Of a DNA stretch of 55,256 bases, positions 54,341 through 55,256 are shown piece after piece. The stretch comes from a virus. Taxonomy: Duplodnaviria > Caudoviricetes. The notes beneath the pieces were generated by a model. That model was not told where the DNA came from. It worked only from the letters and a program-made list of their open reading frames with translations, and made no database searches. The stretch spans positions 1 through 55,256 of the IMG/VR virus record IMGVR_UViG_3300021197_000351. The stretch is one strand, 5' to 3'. Each line of letters opens with the position of its first letter. The first letter of the stretch is position 1. A program made the translations under genes and the position numbers.

Positions 54341-55256
54341 TATTGAAACTGATGGGTTAGACGCTACCAAAATATGGTGTCTAATCATGGAAGATATTGA
54401 TACAGGACGTATCATGAAGTATACTGATCAACCTATAAAGTGCAATGGTGATATTGCAACTGGCTTAAACATGCTTAAAAATGCTGAGCTACTTGTTGCA
54501 CATAATGGCATTGGCTTTGATGCGCTTGTCATACTAAAGCTATATGGTGTTGATCTATACAATAATAAGTTCTTTGATACATGGATTGCATCACAAGTTC
54601 TTAATTACCGCAGACCACACAAGCATGGCTTAGCTGGCTGGGGTGAACACCTAGGCTATCACAAGCTACACTTTGATAACTTCTCAGAGTTCTCTGAAGA
54701 AATGGTTACGTATTGTGTACGTGATGTACAACTGAATACTGTAATCTTTAAGAAGCTAATGGAAGAACTCACTGCGCTTGCTGCTAAGCAACCCCTTATT
54801 CGTGAGGGTTTGAAAGCAGAAATGGAGGCTGCAAAGTTTGATGCTTACTGTAGACATTACGGATGGCAGTTCGATACTGATAAAGGTAAAGACACACTCG
54901 ACAAACTTATCAATCGTATGAAATACATTGAAGGTGTAGTCGAACCACACTTACCAGACATCGTTAAGTACAAAGATAAAGTTGCTAAGACTCCAAAGTT
55001 TACAAAGAAAGGTGAGTACACTGCAACAACTGCACGTATGCTTACTGAATACTTTAAGCGTGAAGTTAAATCAACTGATACACATATGCTTGCAGCTGGT
55101 CGAGAGTTTCAACGTAAAGAAACAATCAAAGCCACACTCGGTAATATGGAACAAGTCAAAGAGTATCTTTACTCAATTGGCTGGGAACCAGATGACTGGA
55201 AGATGGAGCGCGGTGTATATGGCTGGGAAAAGAAATCACCTAAGCTAACATCAACC
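54324..55256 (+). CDS. Family A DNA polymerase, N-terminal part (3'-5' exonuclease domain); continues across the window junction
   Basis: ATG at 54324 gives MRLTFDIETDGL (ExoI) and AHNGIGFD (ExoII). The 933 nt to the window end are exactly 311 codons, ending ...KKSPKLTST and joining frame 1 at base 1 (SLEKVGE...). Confidence 0.92.
   Translation, partial: MRLTFDIETDGLDATKIWCLIMEDIDTGRIMKYTDQPIKCNGDIATGLNMLKNAELLVAHNGIGFDALVILKLYGVDLYNNKFFDTWIASQVLNYRRPHKHGLAGWGEHLGYHKLHFDNFSEFSEEMVTYCVRDVQLNTVIFKKLMEELTALAAKQPLIREGLKAEMEAAKFDAYCRHYGWQFDTDKGKDTLDKLINRMKYIEGVVEPHLPDIVKYKDKVAKTPKFTKKGEYTATTARMLTEYFKREVKSTDTHMLAAGREFQRKETIKATLGNMEQVKEYLYSIGWEPDDWKMERGVYGWEKKSPKLTST

Noticed and set aside
1-55256. 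tRNA genes, integrase/lysogeny module, stop-codon reassignment
   Set aside because: None recognised by eye; core genes are intact under the standard code. A tRNA scan was not run.

Overview
The window appears to be an essentially complete, circularly permuted ~55.3 kb lytic podovirus-type phage genome. The family A DNA polymerase runs off the right end (54324-55256) and resumes in frame at base 1. The + strand arm (about 47.4 kb through the junction to 7.2 kb) carries early genes, nucleotide metabolism, T7-like replication genes and a 730-aa T7-type RNA polymerase. The - strand arm (47.1 kb down to 7.2 kb) carries terminase, portal, scaffold, capsid, tail and receptor-binding genes, lysis genes, a class II ribonucleotide reductase and internal virion proteins. 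The main discovery candidate is a two-polymerase transcription system. The last gene of the virion/ejection module (7236-10724) is a second, very divergent single-subunit RNA polymerase with N4 virion-RNAP-like motifs. Two different promoter families can be read from the DNA: four template-strand hairpins with compensatory stems in front of early genes, and four T7-like 18-mers in front of late genes. A second candidate system is a nucleotide-modification cluster: a thymidylate synthase homolog with the Asn-to-Asp dCMP-specificity change, an R67/DfrB-like protein, a MazG-like pyrophosphatase and a PD-(D/E)xK nuclease. All calls come from reading motifs by eye; no searches were run. A marine alphaproteobacterial host is only a guess.
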